A model generated the notes under the pieces. The model had not been told where the DNA came from, ran no database searches, and saw only the letters and a program-made list of their open reading frames with translations. From Marsupella aquatica (lineage: Eukaryota > Plantae > Marchantiophyta): DNA of 64,000 nucleotides. The first letter of the stretch is position 1. Every line of letters starts with the position of its first letter. Position numbers and translations under genes: made by a program. Below are positions 12,397-23,242 of the stretch, one piece after another. The stretch covers positions 8,791,079 to 8,855,078 of the forward strand of contig OZ316898.1 of NCBI GenBank assembly GCA_973895155.1. The letters are read 5' to 3'.

Positions 12397-13431
12397 ATGA
12401 GTGATTCGGAGGAGTTTTTCGAAGACGTGGAACTTGAAGCACGAGGATCACCGCGGAGGTTTCAGGGGCAGAGAGAGGAGCAGGAGGAAGAGCACGTGAC
12501 ACCGATACCATCACCGGTGCGGCGTGTGGTGGAGGAAGCAGTACTACTACCGGAGCTCACGGTAAAGAAGAAGATGGGGACTTTCAAGCTTGGGGGACCC
12601 AAGTATGAAGTGACAAAGTATGATGGGCGCTCTGACTACTTGCTATGGGAGAAGCAGGTGAAGGGAGTGCTTTATGCGTCAGGGATGGGCCAACTGCTGA
12701 GCCCTCGTGAAGACGATGTTGATGAGAAACAATGGGACCGCATGCAGGAGCAGGGAGTGTGGTGTGTTACACTCTATCTCATGCCTCCCATCATCAAGCA
12801 GTTAGGTGCACATAAGGATTGCATGTCCTTGTTTGCGGAATTACAGAGCAAGTATCACCGCAAGGAGTTGTCGAACCGGCTCTACACTTCCTACAAACTG
12901 ATGAGTTTCAGGATGAAGGAATCTGGTACGAAGTTGCAAGACCATGTGGATGCTTTCAACGACATGGTCGTTGACTTGGAAAACCTTGGGGAGACTTTGA
13001 ATGATGAGACGAAGGCTCTGCAGCTTCTTAGTTCATTGCCTCCATCTTACCAGTCCCTATCACGAGTGTTGTTGCATCGTGATAGGGATACCATTTCATA
13101 CAATGACGTGATAAGTTCTCTGCTTAGTGATGATCTTCAGCAGAAGATGCACATCACGTCACAGCCTTCATCATCTGGTGCTGCCCTCAATGTTAACCGT
13201 GGGAGGAGTATGCAGCGACCAACTGGGGACCGTAGAACCCAGTTTAGATCTAAATCCAGATCTAAGTCCAAGGGTAAATCCCCTCAGAGGAGGCAGGTGA
13301 CATGTTGGAAGTGCAACCAAGTTGGACACTTCAAGCGAGACTGTAAGGGAAAGGCAGCGGAAACTTCATCGGCAAATGTGGCTAGGGCTGATGGAGAAGC
13401 TGATTTACTCAATGATGAGTATGTTTTATGA
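12397..13431 (+). CDS. gag: Copia Gag (capsid/UBN2-like region and CCHC zinc knuckle), 344 aa, ending at UGA
   Basis: KYDGRSDYLLW, HVDAFNDMVVDLENLG...LLSSLPPSY, and zinc knuckle CWKCNQVGHFKRDC. Confidence 0.95.
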   Translation: MSDSEEFFEDVELEARGSPRRFQGQREEQEEEHVTPIPSPVRRVVEEAVLLPELTVKKKMGTFKLGGPKYEVTKYDGRSDYLLWEKQVKGVLYASGMGQLLSPREDDVDEKQWDRMQEQGVWCVTLYLMPPIIKQLGAHKDCMSLFAELQSKYHRKELSNRLYTSYKLMSFRMKESGTKLQDHVDAFNDMVVDLENLGETLNDETKALQLLSSLPPSYQSLSRVLLHRDRDTISYNDVISSLLSDDLQQKMHITSQPSSSGAALNVNRGRSMQRPTGDRRTQFRSKSRSKSKGKSPQRRQVTCWKCNQVGHFKRDCKGKAAETSSANVARADGEADLLNDEYVL

Positions 13432-16400
13432 AGCCGGGGGTATGCCCTGTGCACGTCATCTAGGAGAGCAGATGATGTGTGGATTCTTGATTGTGCTTGC
13501 TCTTTTCATATTTGTTACATTCGTGAGTTTTTCAGTTCTTACTCTGTTTCAAACGGTTCAGTTCTGATGGGAAATGATCACTCCTGTCAAATTGAGGGAA
13601 TTGGGTCTGTGAAGATTCAAATGTTTGATGGCGCTGTGCGCACAGTGTCCGGAGTCAGGTATGTACCTGGCATGCGTAAGAATCTGATTTCACTCGGTGT
13701 GTTGGATTCAAATGGTCATCAATGGAGCGTTATTGATGGTGAACTTCAAGTCAGGTCGGGAGAGACAGTGATTTTGAAGGGGAGTAGACAAAAGAATTTG
13801 TATGTGTTACAGGGCAATACTGTATGTGGAGAGGCCAATGTAACCAAGTCTCACGAGGAGATGACTCAACTGTGGCATTCACGGCTAGGCCACATGAGTG
13901 AGAAGGGTTTGGCTATCTTACGGAAGAATGGACTCATTTCTGATTTGCAATCTTGTAAATTAGAGTTTTGTGAGCATTGCATTCTTGGAAAGCAGCATCG
14001 TCGTGCTTTTGGTGTTGGAACTCATCGTTCCAAAGCGGTTCTTGAGTACATATATAGTGACGTGTGGGGTCCATCCCCGACTCCCTCACACTCTGGAAAG
14101 TTGTACTATGTATCATTTATTGATGATTACTCAAGATTTGTGTGGATTTATTTCATGACGCATAAGTCTGATGTCTTGTCCATTTTTAAGAAGTGGAAGG
14201 CCCAGGTGGAGAATCAGACTGGAAACACGATCAAGTGTTTGGATACAAGGGTGAAGAGTCTGAGGTCAGACAATGGCGGGGAGTACACTTCAATGGAATT
14301 TGAAGAGTACTGTTCAGAACAGGGGATAACTCGCCATCTCACCACAGTTTATACTCCGCAGCAGAATGGTGTCGCTGAGAGGCTCAATCGGACATTGTTG
14401 GAGCGGTCACGGAGTATGTTGAGCCAATCAGGTTTACCACAAGAATTTTGGGCAGAAGCTGTCAATACCGCAGCTTATTTGGTAAATCTTTCTCCTTCTA
14501 GTGCTATCAATTTCAAAACGCCGTTTGAGATGCGCTATAAGCGGCAAGCAGACTATCATGGCTTGGTAATTTTTGGAAGTGATGCATATGCTCTCACACC
14601 AAAGCAGAATAGGACCAAGTTGGATCCTACCTCCAGGAAATGTGTTTTTCTTGGGTACCAGAGTGGTGTGAAAGCCTATAGGCTATGGGATCCTATTGCC
14701 TGTAAGCTCGTTGTCAGTAGGGATGTTTCCTTCAATGAATCCAGATTATTGAAGGAGGGGGAGAATACTCAGGTCTCCCGTACTGACAAAGGAAAATCTC
14801 CTATCCCGGATCTCGTTGAGGGGGAGATTGGTTATGAGGTGCATGACCGGAGAGAAGGAGTTGCTCCAATTATGGAGCTGGTTCCTGTGCCAGAGGAACC
14901 AGAGGAGTTTGTTGATGCTGGTGAGCAACAAGTGGATGCTGTTGAGCTTCAAATTGTACCAGCACACGCAGATCAACCGGAGTCATCGGCTAGAAGAACA
15001 TCTGGTCGCACTGTACGCGCTCCATCAAGGTATGGACAGTGGGTTGATTCATCTCAACTGCAAGAGGATGATTTTACAGCTGATGATGAGGGTGATCCGT
15101 TAATTTTGGAAGAAGGAGAACCTTCTTCATTTCATGAGGCAAGTGCTTCAAAAGAGAAGCAGAAGTGGACTGCAGCAATGCAAACGGAGATGCAGTCACT
15201 AAAGTACAACAAAACTTGGGAGCTTGTTAAGCTGCCTAAGGGTCAGCAAGTGGTGGACAACAAGTGGATTTACAAGCTGAAGGATAATTCCATAGGAGGT
15301 GGATCGAAGGTCTACAAGGCTAGATTGGTAGCAAAGGGATTCACACAAGAGAAAGGTGTGGATTACAATGAGGTCTTCTCACCAGTTGCTAAGTACTCTA
15401 CAATACGACTATTGTGTGTACTTGTTGTAATGTTTGGTCTGCTCCTAGATCAGATGGATGTTGTCACAGCTTTCCTCTATGGCACATTGGAAGAGGTGAT
15501 CTTCATGAGACAACCGCTAGGTTTTGTGAAGAGAGGACAGGAGGAATTGGTTTGCAGATTGCTGAAATCCTTGTATGGGTTGAAGCAGTCACCAAGACAG
15601 TGGAACAAGCGGTTTGACGATTGGATTCGGTCACAAGGTTTTCACAGAAGTGTATTTGACCCTTGTGTGTATTTGAAACCGGTGAAGAATGTTGTCTTTG
15701 GGTTCATTGTTTTAGTACTTTATGTGGATGACATGCTAATTGCAGCCAAGGATAGGTCTGAGATTGTTAAGCTCAAGGCACTGCTTAGTGCAGAGTTTAA
15801 GATGAAGGACTTAGGGCCAGCTAAGAGGATTTTGGGTATGGAGATCACTAGGGACTTGGAGGCTGGCAAGCTATGGTTGACGCAGAGCAGTTATGCGAGG
15901 AAGGTAATTGCAAGGTTCAACATGGAGAATAGCAAGCCAGTAAGTACCACGTTGGCTCCACACTTCAAGTTATCATCAGCGTTTTGTCCTACGGATGACA
16001 CAGAGAAGGGGTTGATGTCAAAGGTTCCATATGACAAGGCAGTGGGGAGTCTCATGTATTTGATGACTTGCACTAGACCTGATCTTGCCATGGCTATGGG
16101 CAAGGTGAGCAGGTACATGTCGAATCCAGGGAAGGTACACTGGGAAGCAGTGAAGTGGATTATCAGGTACTTGAAGGGTACCGTGGATCATGGTCTTTTA
16201 TTTGATGCGAATGCAAAGAATGCTAGATCATTGATTGGCTATGTAGATTCTGACTATGGACAAGATTTGGACCGAAGGAGATCAACAACAGGATACGTGT
16301 TCACACTTGGCGGTGGATGCATAAGTTGGAGGTCTACTTTGCAGAAGTATATTGCTCAGTCTACTACAGAAGCGGAGTATGTTGCAGCTGCGGAAGCAGC

Positions 16401-16704
16401 AAAGGAAGCGATTTGGTTGGATAGACTTATCACTGAAATGGGATTGTCACAGGGGAATGTGAAGCTCCATTGTGATAGTCAAAGTGCGCTCCACCTTGCT
16501 GTGAACCAGGTGATGGACAGCAGAGTGAAGCACATTGACGTCAGGTACCATTTTATCAGGCAGGCTGTGTCTGATAATTTGTTTGAGCTAGTCAAGATTG
16601 ATGGTAAACTCAACCCGGCTGACGCATTTACCAAAGTGATTCCTTTGGAGAGTTTCTCTAGACACCGTGACGTATTGCAGGTTTTGCAATTGCATCACAA
16701 GTAG
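13432..16704 (+). CDS. pol: Copia Pol (PR-IN-RT-RNaseH), open in the same frame immediately after the gag UGA
   Basis: PR WILDCACSFH. IN LWHSRLGH..CEHC, SDVWGP, RSDNGGEY, NGVAERLNR. RT QMDVVTAFL, LYVDDML. RH GYVDSDY, TEAEY, CDSQSA, NPADAFTK. No stop from 13432 to 16701. Confidence 0.95.
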   Translation, partial: SRGYALCTSSRRADDVWILDCACSFHICYIREFFSSYSVSNGSVLMGNDHSCQIEGIGSVKIQMFDGAVRTVSGVRYVPGMRKNLISLGVLDSNGHQWSVIDGELQVRSGETVILKGSRQKNLYVLQGNTVCGEANVTKSHEEMTQLWHSRLGHMSEKGLAILRKNGLISDLQSCKLEFCEHCILGKQHRRAFGVGTHRSKAVLEYIYSDVWGPSPTPSHSGKLYYVSFIDDYSRFVWIYFMTHKSDVLSIFKKWKAQVENQTGNTIKCLDTRVKSLRSDNGGEYTSMEFEEYCSEQGITRHLTTVYTPQQNGVAERLNRTLLERSRSMLSQSGLPQEFWAEAVNTAAYLVNLSPSSAINFKTPFEMRYKRQADYHGLVIFGSDAYALTPKQNRTKLDPTSRKCVFLGYQSGVKAYRLWDPIACKLVVSRDVSFNESRLLKEGENTQVSRTDKGKSPIPDLVEGEIGYEVHDRREGVAPIMELVPVPEEPEEFVDAGEQQVDAVELQIVPAHADQPESSARRTSGRTVRAPSRYGQWVDSSQLQEDDFTADDEGDPLILEEGEPSSFHEASASKEKQKWTAAMQTEMQSLKYNKTWELVKLPKGQQVVDNKWIYKLKDNSIGGGSKVYKARLVAKGFTQEKGVDYNEVFSPVAKYSTIRLLCVLVVMFGLLLDQMDVVTAFLYGTLEEVIFMRQPLGFVKRGQEELVCRLLKSLYGLKQSPRQWNKRFDDWIRSQGFHRSVFDPCVYLKPVKNVVFGFIVLVLYVDDMLIAAKDRSEIVKLKALLSAEFKMKDLGPAKRILGMEITRDLEAGKLWLTQSSYARKVIARFNMENSKPVSTTLAPHFKLSSAFCPTDDTEKGLMSKVPYDKAVGSLMYLMTCTRPDLAMAMGKVSRYMSNPGKVHWEAVKWIIRYLKGTVDHGLLFDANAKNARSLIGYVDSDYGQDLDRRRSTTGYVFTLGGGCISWRSTLQKYIAQSTTEAEYVAAAEAAKEAIWLDRLITEMGLSQGNVKLHCDSQSALHLAVNQVMDSRVKHIDVRYHFIRQAVSDNLFELVKIDGKLNPADAFTKVIPLESFSRHRDVLQVLQLHHK

Positions 16705-16895
16705 AGTTTTCTTAAACATTCATTGTAATTACTGATATATGCTCTTCCTCATTCCTATGTATTAGGCTACGGCTTAGTTCTGGTTTGCTCTAGTTAGAGA
16801 GGGAAACCGGTTTGGTTTCTGTCCAGAACTTCCCGCTGAGGGATCATATACATTGGCAGTATTACTCTCCCCTAGACCAGAGTCAAGGGGAAGAT

Positions 16896-17352
16896 TGTTG
16901 GGTATTTACTCTTACGTCTAGGTTAGGTATGACGTGGTTGGTACAACAACGTGGGTTGGTACAACTACGTGGTTAGGTACAACTACGTGATTAGGTACAA
17001 CTATGTGGTCAGGTATAACTACGTGATTAGGTACAACTATGTGGTTAGGTACAACTACGTGATTAGGTACAACTATGTGGTTAGGTACAACTAAGTTGCA
17101 CACTATATCATAAGAGGCATGTGTGCTTGGAGAGGTAGAACCAAGGCTCATTGTTATGGAGCCACTTGAGAGATAGGGAGAGCTTACACTGTGGAGACTC
17201 GGTATAGCCGACGGGCTTAGAGTTCAGTAAAGCTCTCTTGTGTGTTCCCGTGGACGTAGCCTCAAGGAGGTGAACCACGTATCTCTTGTGTCGACTATTG
17301 TGCGTTGGATGGTTCATGGGCTTGCCGTTGCGATCGTCGTCTATGCTCAACA
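16896..17352 (+). repeat. 3' LTR of inner copia element
   Basis: Follows the PPT AAGGGGAAGA(T); followed by TSD CCGGT. Confidence 0.97.
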
Positions 17353-18384
17353 CCGGTGCAATTTGGCTACTTTTCCTGTAGACGGTGTTCACTTTGCTTG
17401 TGAAAAGCGGCAACGGCCAGGTTTGTAACACGACCAAAATTTGCTTTTAAGGTTAATTTTTTGGTTTAAGGTGGTCTAAACACCCTGTTTTGGGTGTATA
17501 CCGTGTGTGTATACACACACAATATTGGTCGCTTGACCCCGCCCTTGTGACTCCCTCATACATCGTCACTCCCTCCTGAGTACTCAACCGTGACTGTAGC
17601 TGAGGCGGACCCTGTAGCGCCCTTCTGCGCATTTTGTGCCGCCCCACACCGCACCGGCAGCCGCAACCCTCCCTCCCCATACGCACCTGTTTGCCCTTAG
17701 TCCCGCGCCCGGCCCTTTTGACACCGGTTGCCACTTCGCGACGCCGGCTGCCATCCTCTCTCCTGTATTCCCCGGTTGCGTACGAAGCCGCTCGACGCCC
17801 CTGCGTACCCTGTATGCCCTTGTACTCTACGTACACGGACACGCGTTTTTAAGGCATATTTTTGTTTAGGGGCCATTACAAGCCTTTTAAGGGCCATTTT
17901 TTGGTTTTTTCCAGGCAGCTCTTTCTATTGGCTGTCCCGGGCCCGATGACCCGGCGTTTTAACCGCTTGGACAGGGGGAACGGCCCCCTGTGAGACCTGT
18001 TGGACTGTGCAGGAATATTCCCAAAAAACAGAGAGCTATTTTTTGGCTGTCTGACAAAGATTACGTGCGCCGAACGGTAACTTTTTTGGTTCTTTTTTGG
18101 CGAGGTCGTAGCCATTGAAGTTAGCAACGCGGCGCATCAATTGAATTGCGATTCCGATGACGGGTTATACTTGGCATTTTGGTTATTCCGTGAGGTGGTC
18201 AAAATGGGGCAATTTCTCAAGGTTTACCCACCCTGACCAAAATTTGAATAACTTTTCTGTCAAATTTTGATTTCAATTTTGATTTTCAGTGTTGAACTCC
18301 TAGCTTCGTGGGCTACGAGGCGGTGTTTAGTTTTGAGATTTTTGAGAAGTTGTGAAAAACGATATTTTTTTGTGATTTTCTCAT

Positions 18385-21300
18385 ATGAGTGATTCGGAGG
18401 AGATTTCTGAAGACGTGGAACTTGAAGCAAGAGGATCACCGCGGCGGTTTGAGGGGGAGAGAGAGGACCAGGAGGAAGAGCACGTGACACCGGTACCATC
18501 ACCGGTGCGCCATGTGGTGGAGGAAGCAGTACTACTACCGGAGCTCACGGTAGTGCCAAAGAAGAAGATGGGACATTCAAGCTTGGGGGACCCAAGTATG
18601 AAGTGACAAAGTATGATGGGCGCTCTGACTACTTGCTATGGGAGAAGCAGGTGAAGGGAGTGCTCTATGCGTGAAGGATGGGCCAACTGTTGAGCCCTCG
18701 TGAAGACAATGTTGATGAGAAACAATGGGACCGCATGCAGGAGCAGGGAGTGTGGTGTGTTACACTCTATCTCATGCCTCCCATCATCAAGCAGTTGGGT
18801 GCACATAATGACTGCATGTCCTTGTTTGTAGAATTGCAGAGCAAGTATCACCGCAAGGAGTTGTTAAACCGATCTATACTTCCGACAAACTGATGAGTTT
18901 CAGGATGAAGGAATCCGGTACGAAGTTGCAGGACCATGTGGATGCTTTCAACGACATGGTCGTTGACTTGGAAAACCTTGGGGAGACTTTGAATGATGAG
19001 ACAAAGGCTCTGCAGCTTCTCAATTCATTGCCTCCATCTTACCAATCCCTATCACGAGTGTTGTTGCATCGTGATAGGGATACCATTTCATACAATGACG
19101 TGGTAAGTTCTCTGCTTAGTGATGATCATCAGCAGAAGATGCACATCACGTCACAGCCTTCATCATCTGGTGTTGCCCTCAATGTTAACCGTGGGAGGAG
19201 TATGCAGCGACCAACTGGGGACCGTAGAACCCAGTTTAGATCTAAATCCAGATCTAAGTCCAGACGTAAATCCCCTCAGAGGAGGCAGGTGACATGTTGG
19301 AAGTGCAATCAAGTTGGACACTTCAAGCGAGACTGTAAGGGAAAGACAACGAAAACTTCATCGGCAAATGTGGCTAGGGCTGATGGAGAAGCTGATTTAC
19401 TCAATGATGAGTATGTTTTATGAAGCCGGGGGTATGCCCTGTGCACGTCATCTAGGAGAGCAGATGATGTGTGGATTCTTAATTGTGCTTGCTCTTTTCA
19501 TATTTGTTACATTTGTGAGTTTTTCAGTTCTTATTTTGTTTCAAACGGTTCAGTTCTGATGGGAAATGATCACTCCTGTCAAATTGAAGGAATTGGGTCT
19601 GTGAAGATTCAAATGTTTGATGGCGCTGTGTGCACAGTGTCCGGAGTCAGATATGTACCTGGCATGCGTAAGAATCTGATTTCACCCGGTGTGTTGGATT
19701 CAAATGGTCATCAATGGAACGTTATCGAGAACGTTATTGATGGTGACCTTCAAGTCAGGTTGGGAGAGACAGTGATTTTGAAGGGAAGCAGACAAAAGAA
19801 TTTGTATGTGTTGCAGGGCAATACTGTATGTGGAGAAGCCAATGTAACCAAGTCTCACGAGGAGATGACTCAATCACATTCACGGCTAGGCCACATGAGT
19901 GAGAAGGGTTTGGCTATCTTACGGAAGAATGGACTCATCTCTGATTTGCAATCTTGTAAATTGGAGTTCTATGAGCATTGCATTCTTGGAAAGAAGCATC
20001 GTCGTGCTTTTGGTGTTGGAACTCATCGTTCCAAAGCGGTTCTTGAGTACATATATAGTGACATGTGGGGTCCATCCCCAACTCCCTCACACTCTGGAAA
20101 GTTGTACTATGTATCATTTATTGACGATTACTCAAGATTTGTGTGAATTTATTTCCTGACGCATAAGTTTGATGTCTTGTCCATTTTTAAGAAGTGGAAG
20201 GCCCAGGTGGAGAATCAGACTGGAAACACGGTCAAGTGTTTGGATACAAGGGTGAAGAGTCTGAGGTCAGACAACGGTGGGGAGTACACTTCAGTGGAAT
20301 TTGAAGAGTACTGTTCAGAACAGGGGATAACTCGCCATCTCACCACAGTTTATACTCTGCAGCAGAATGGTGTCGCTGAGAGGCTCAATCAGACACTGTT
20401 GGAGCGGTCACGGAGTATGTTGAGCCAATCAGGTTTACCACAAGAATTTTGGGCAGAAGCTGTCAATACCGCAGCTTATTTGGTAAATCTTTCTCCTTCA
20501 AGTGCTATCAATTTCAAAACACCGTTTGAGATGCGCTATAAGCGGCAAGCAGACTATCATGGCTTGGTAGTTTTTGGAAGTGATGCATATGCTATCACAC
20601 CAAAGCAAAATAGGACCAAGTTGGATCCTACCTCCAAGAAATATGTTTTTCTTGGGTATCAGAGTGGTGTGAAAGCCTATAGGCTATGGGATCCTATTGC
20701 TTATAAGCTCGTTGTTAGTAGGGATGTTTCCTTCAATGAATCCAGATTATTGAAGGAGGGGGAGAATACTCAGGTCTCCCATACTGAGAAAAGAAAATCT
20801 CCTATCCCAGATCTCATTGAGGGGGAGATTGGTCATGAGGTGCATGACCGGAGAGAAGGAGTTGCTCCAATTATGGAGTTGGTTCTTTTGCCAGAGGAAC
20901 CAGAGGAGTTTGTTGATGCTGGTGAGCAGCAAGTGGATGCTACTGAGTTTCAAATTATACCAGCACATGCAGATCAACCGGAGTGATCGGCTAGAAGAGC
21001 ATCTGATCACACTGTACGCGCTCCACCAAGGTATGGACAGTGGGTTGATTCATCTCAATTGCAAGAGGAGGACTTTATTACTGATGATGAGGGTGACGCG
21101 TTGATTTTGGAAGAAGGAGAACCTTCTTCATTTCATGAAGCAAGTGCTTCAAAGGAGAAGCGGGAGTGGGCTGTAGCAATGCAAACGGAAATGCAATCAT
21201 TGAAGGACAACAAAACTTGGGAGCTTGTCAAGCTACCTCAGGGATAGCAAGTGGTGGACAGCAAGTGGATATACAAGCTAAAGGATCAGTCCACAAGAGG

Positions 21301-22704
21301 TGGATCAAAGGTCTACAAGGCTAGGTTGGTAGCCAAGGGATTCACACAGGAAAAACATGTGGATTACAATGAGATCTTCTCACCAGTTGCTAAGTACTCA
21401 ATAATACTGCTATTGTGTGTGCTTGTTGTTATGTTTGGTCTGCTGCTAGATCAGATGGATGTTGTCACAGCTTTCCTCTATGGCACCTTGGAAGAGGTGA
21501 TCTTCATGAGACAGCCGCTAGGTTTTGTGAAGAAAGGGCAAGAGGATTTGGTTTGCAGATTGCTGAGATCCTTGTACGGTTGAAGCAGTCACCAAGATAG
21601 TGGAATAAGCGGTTTGATGATTGGATCCGTGCACAAGGCTTTCACAGGAGTGTGTTTGACCCATGTGTGTATCTTAAACCGGTGAAGAATGTTGTTTTTG
21701 GGTTCATTGTTTTAGAATTTTATGTGGATGACATGCTTATTGCGGCCAAGGATAGGTCTGAGATTGTTAAGCTCAAGGCATTGCTTAGTGCAGAGTTTAA
21801 GATGAAGGACTTAGGGCCAACTAAGAGAATTTTGGGTATGGAGATCACTAGGGACTTGAAGGCTGGTAAGCTGTGGTTGACGTAGAGAAGTTATGCGAGG
21901 AAGGTAATTGCAAGGTTCAACATGGGGGATAGCAAGCCAGTAAGTACCCCGTTGGCTCCACACTTCAAGTTGTCATCAGCTTTCTGTCTTACGGATGACA
22001 TAAAGAAGGAGTTGATGTCAAAGGTTCCATATGACAAGGCAGTGGGGAGTCTCATGTATTTGATGACTTGCACTAGACCTGATCTTGCCATGGCTATGGG
22101 CAAGGTGAGCAGGTACATGTCGAATCCAGGGAAGGTACACTGGGAAGCAATGAAGTGGATTATTTGGTATTTAAAGGGTACTGTGGATCATGGTCTATTG
22201 TTTGATGCACATGCTGATAATGCTAGATCATTGATGGGCTATGTAGATGCTGACTATGCATAGGATCTAGATCGGAGGAGGTCAACAACAGGTTATGTGT
22301 TCACACTTGGAGGTGGATGCATAAGTTGGAGGTCTACTTTACAGAAGTGTATTGCTCAATCTACTACAGAAGCGAAATATGTTGCAGTTGCGGAAACAAC
22401 AAAGGAAGCAATTTGGTTGGATAGACTTATCACTGAGATGGGATTGCCATAGGGGAATGTGAAGCTCCATTGTGATAGTCAGAGTGCACTCCACCTTGCT
22501 GTGAACCAGGTGATGGACAGCAGAGTGAAGCACATCGATGTCAGGTACCATTTTATCAGGCAGGCTGTGTCTGATAATATGTTTGAGCTAGTCAAGATTG
22601 ACGGTAAACTCAACCCGGCTGACGCTTTTACCAAAGTGATTCCTTTGGAGAGTTTTTCTAGACACCGTGATGCGTTGCAGGTTTTGCAATTGCCTCACAA
22701 GTAG
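18385..22704 (+). pseudogene. Disrupted gag-pol of outer copia element
   Basis: Collinear and highly similar to 12397-16704, but with frameshifts (near 18570, 18870, 21578), premature stops (e.g. 18672, 20144, 20984, 21245, 21883, 22261, 22449) and PR catalytic D to N. Confidence 0.95.
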
Positions 22705-22897
22705 GGTTACTTAACATTTTCAGAGTAGAAATTGAGATATGCTTTTGCTCATTCCTTGTATAGGCTACGACTTAGTTTTGGTTTACTCTCGTATAAAGAG
22801 GGAAAAACCGGTTTGGTTTTTCTTTGCAGAACTTCCCGCTGAGCAATCATATTGGTAGCAGTCTTTACCCTCCCCTAGACCAGAGTCAAGGGGAGAT

Positions 22898-23242
22898 TGT
22901 TAGGATTTACTCTTAGGTCTAGAGTTACGACTGTACTGTAGTTAATGCTAACCTTAGTCGCAGACTTGGTTAGGTTAGTCATGCTGTGCACACTCTATAA
23001 CCAAGCGGTGTTTGCTTGGAGAGTGGGAACTCAGGCTCATTGTTACGGAGCTAGTTGAGAGATAGAGAGAACTTGCTCTATGGATGCTTGGTATGGCCGG
23101 TCGGCCTAGAGTGCAGTAAAGCTCATGTGTGTTCCCGTGGACGTAGCCTCATGTGGAGGTGAACCACGTATCTCTCTGTATCGACTCTTGTGCGTTGGAT
23201 GGTTCATGGGCTTGCCGTTGCGATTGTCGTCTATGCTCAACA
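22898..23242 (+). repeat. 3' LTR of outer copia element
   Basis: TGTTAGG...CAACA after the PPT; matches 9827-10171. Confidence 0.95.

Larger units (their letters stand above)
10786..17352 (+). mobile_element. Young, structurally intact Ty1/copia LTR retrotransposon (inner element, Tork/Tnt1-like Pol)
   Basis: 457-bp LTRs at 10786-11242 and 16896-17352 (about 3 differences). Perfect TSD CCGGT (10781-85, 17353-57). PBS at 11245-11256, PPT at 16885-16894. Domain order gag, PR, IN, RT, RH. Confidence 0.98.
9827..23242 (+). mobile_element. Older, decayed Ty1/copia LTR retrotransposon (outer element), interrupted by a nested relative
   Basis: 345-bp LTRs TGTTAGG...CAACA at 9827-10171 and 22898-23242 (about 11 differences). 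TSD GTGTG/ATGTG. PBS TGGTATCAGAGC at 10174-10185. PPT AAGGGGAGA before 22898. gag-pol remnants at 18385-22704. Confidence 0.96.

Noticed and set aside
13429-13431. Selenocysteine decoding of the gag/pol UGA
   Set aside because: Land plants lack the Sec machinery, and the codon lies in a linker rather than at a catalytic position.
13428-13463. AUGA stop-start reinitiation for pol
   Set aside because: The overlapping ATG is in the -1 frame and stops after 11 codons (TAG at 13461-63).
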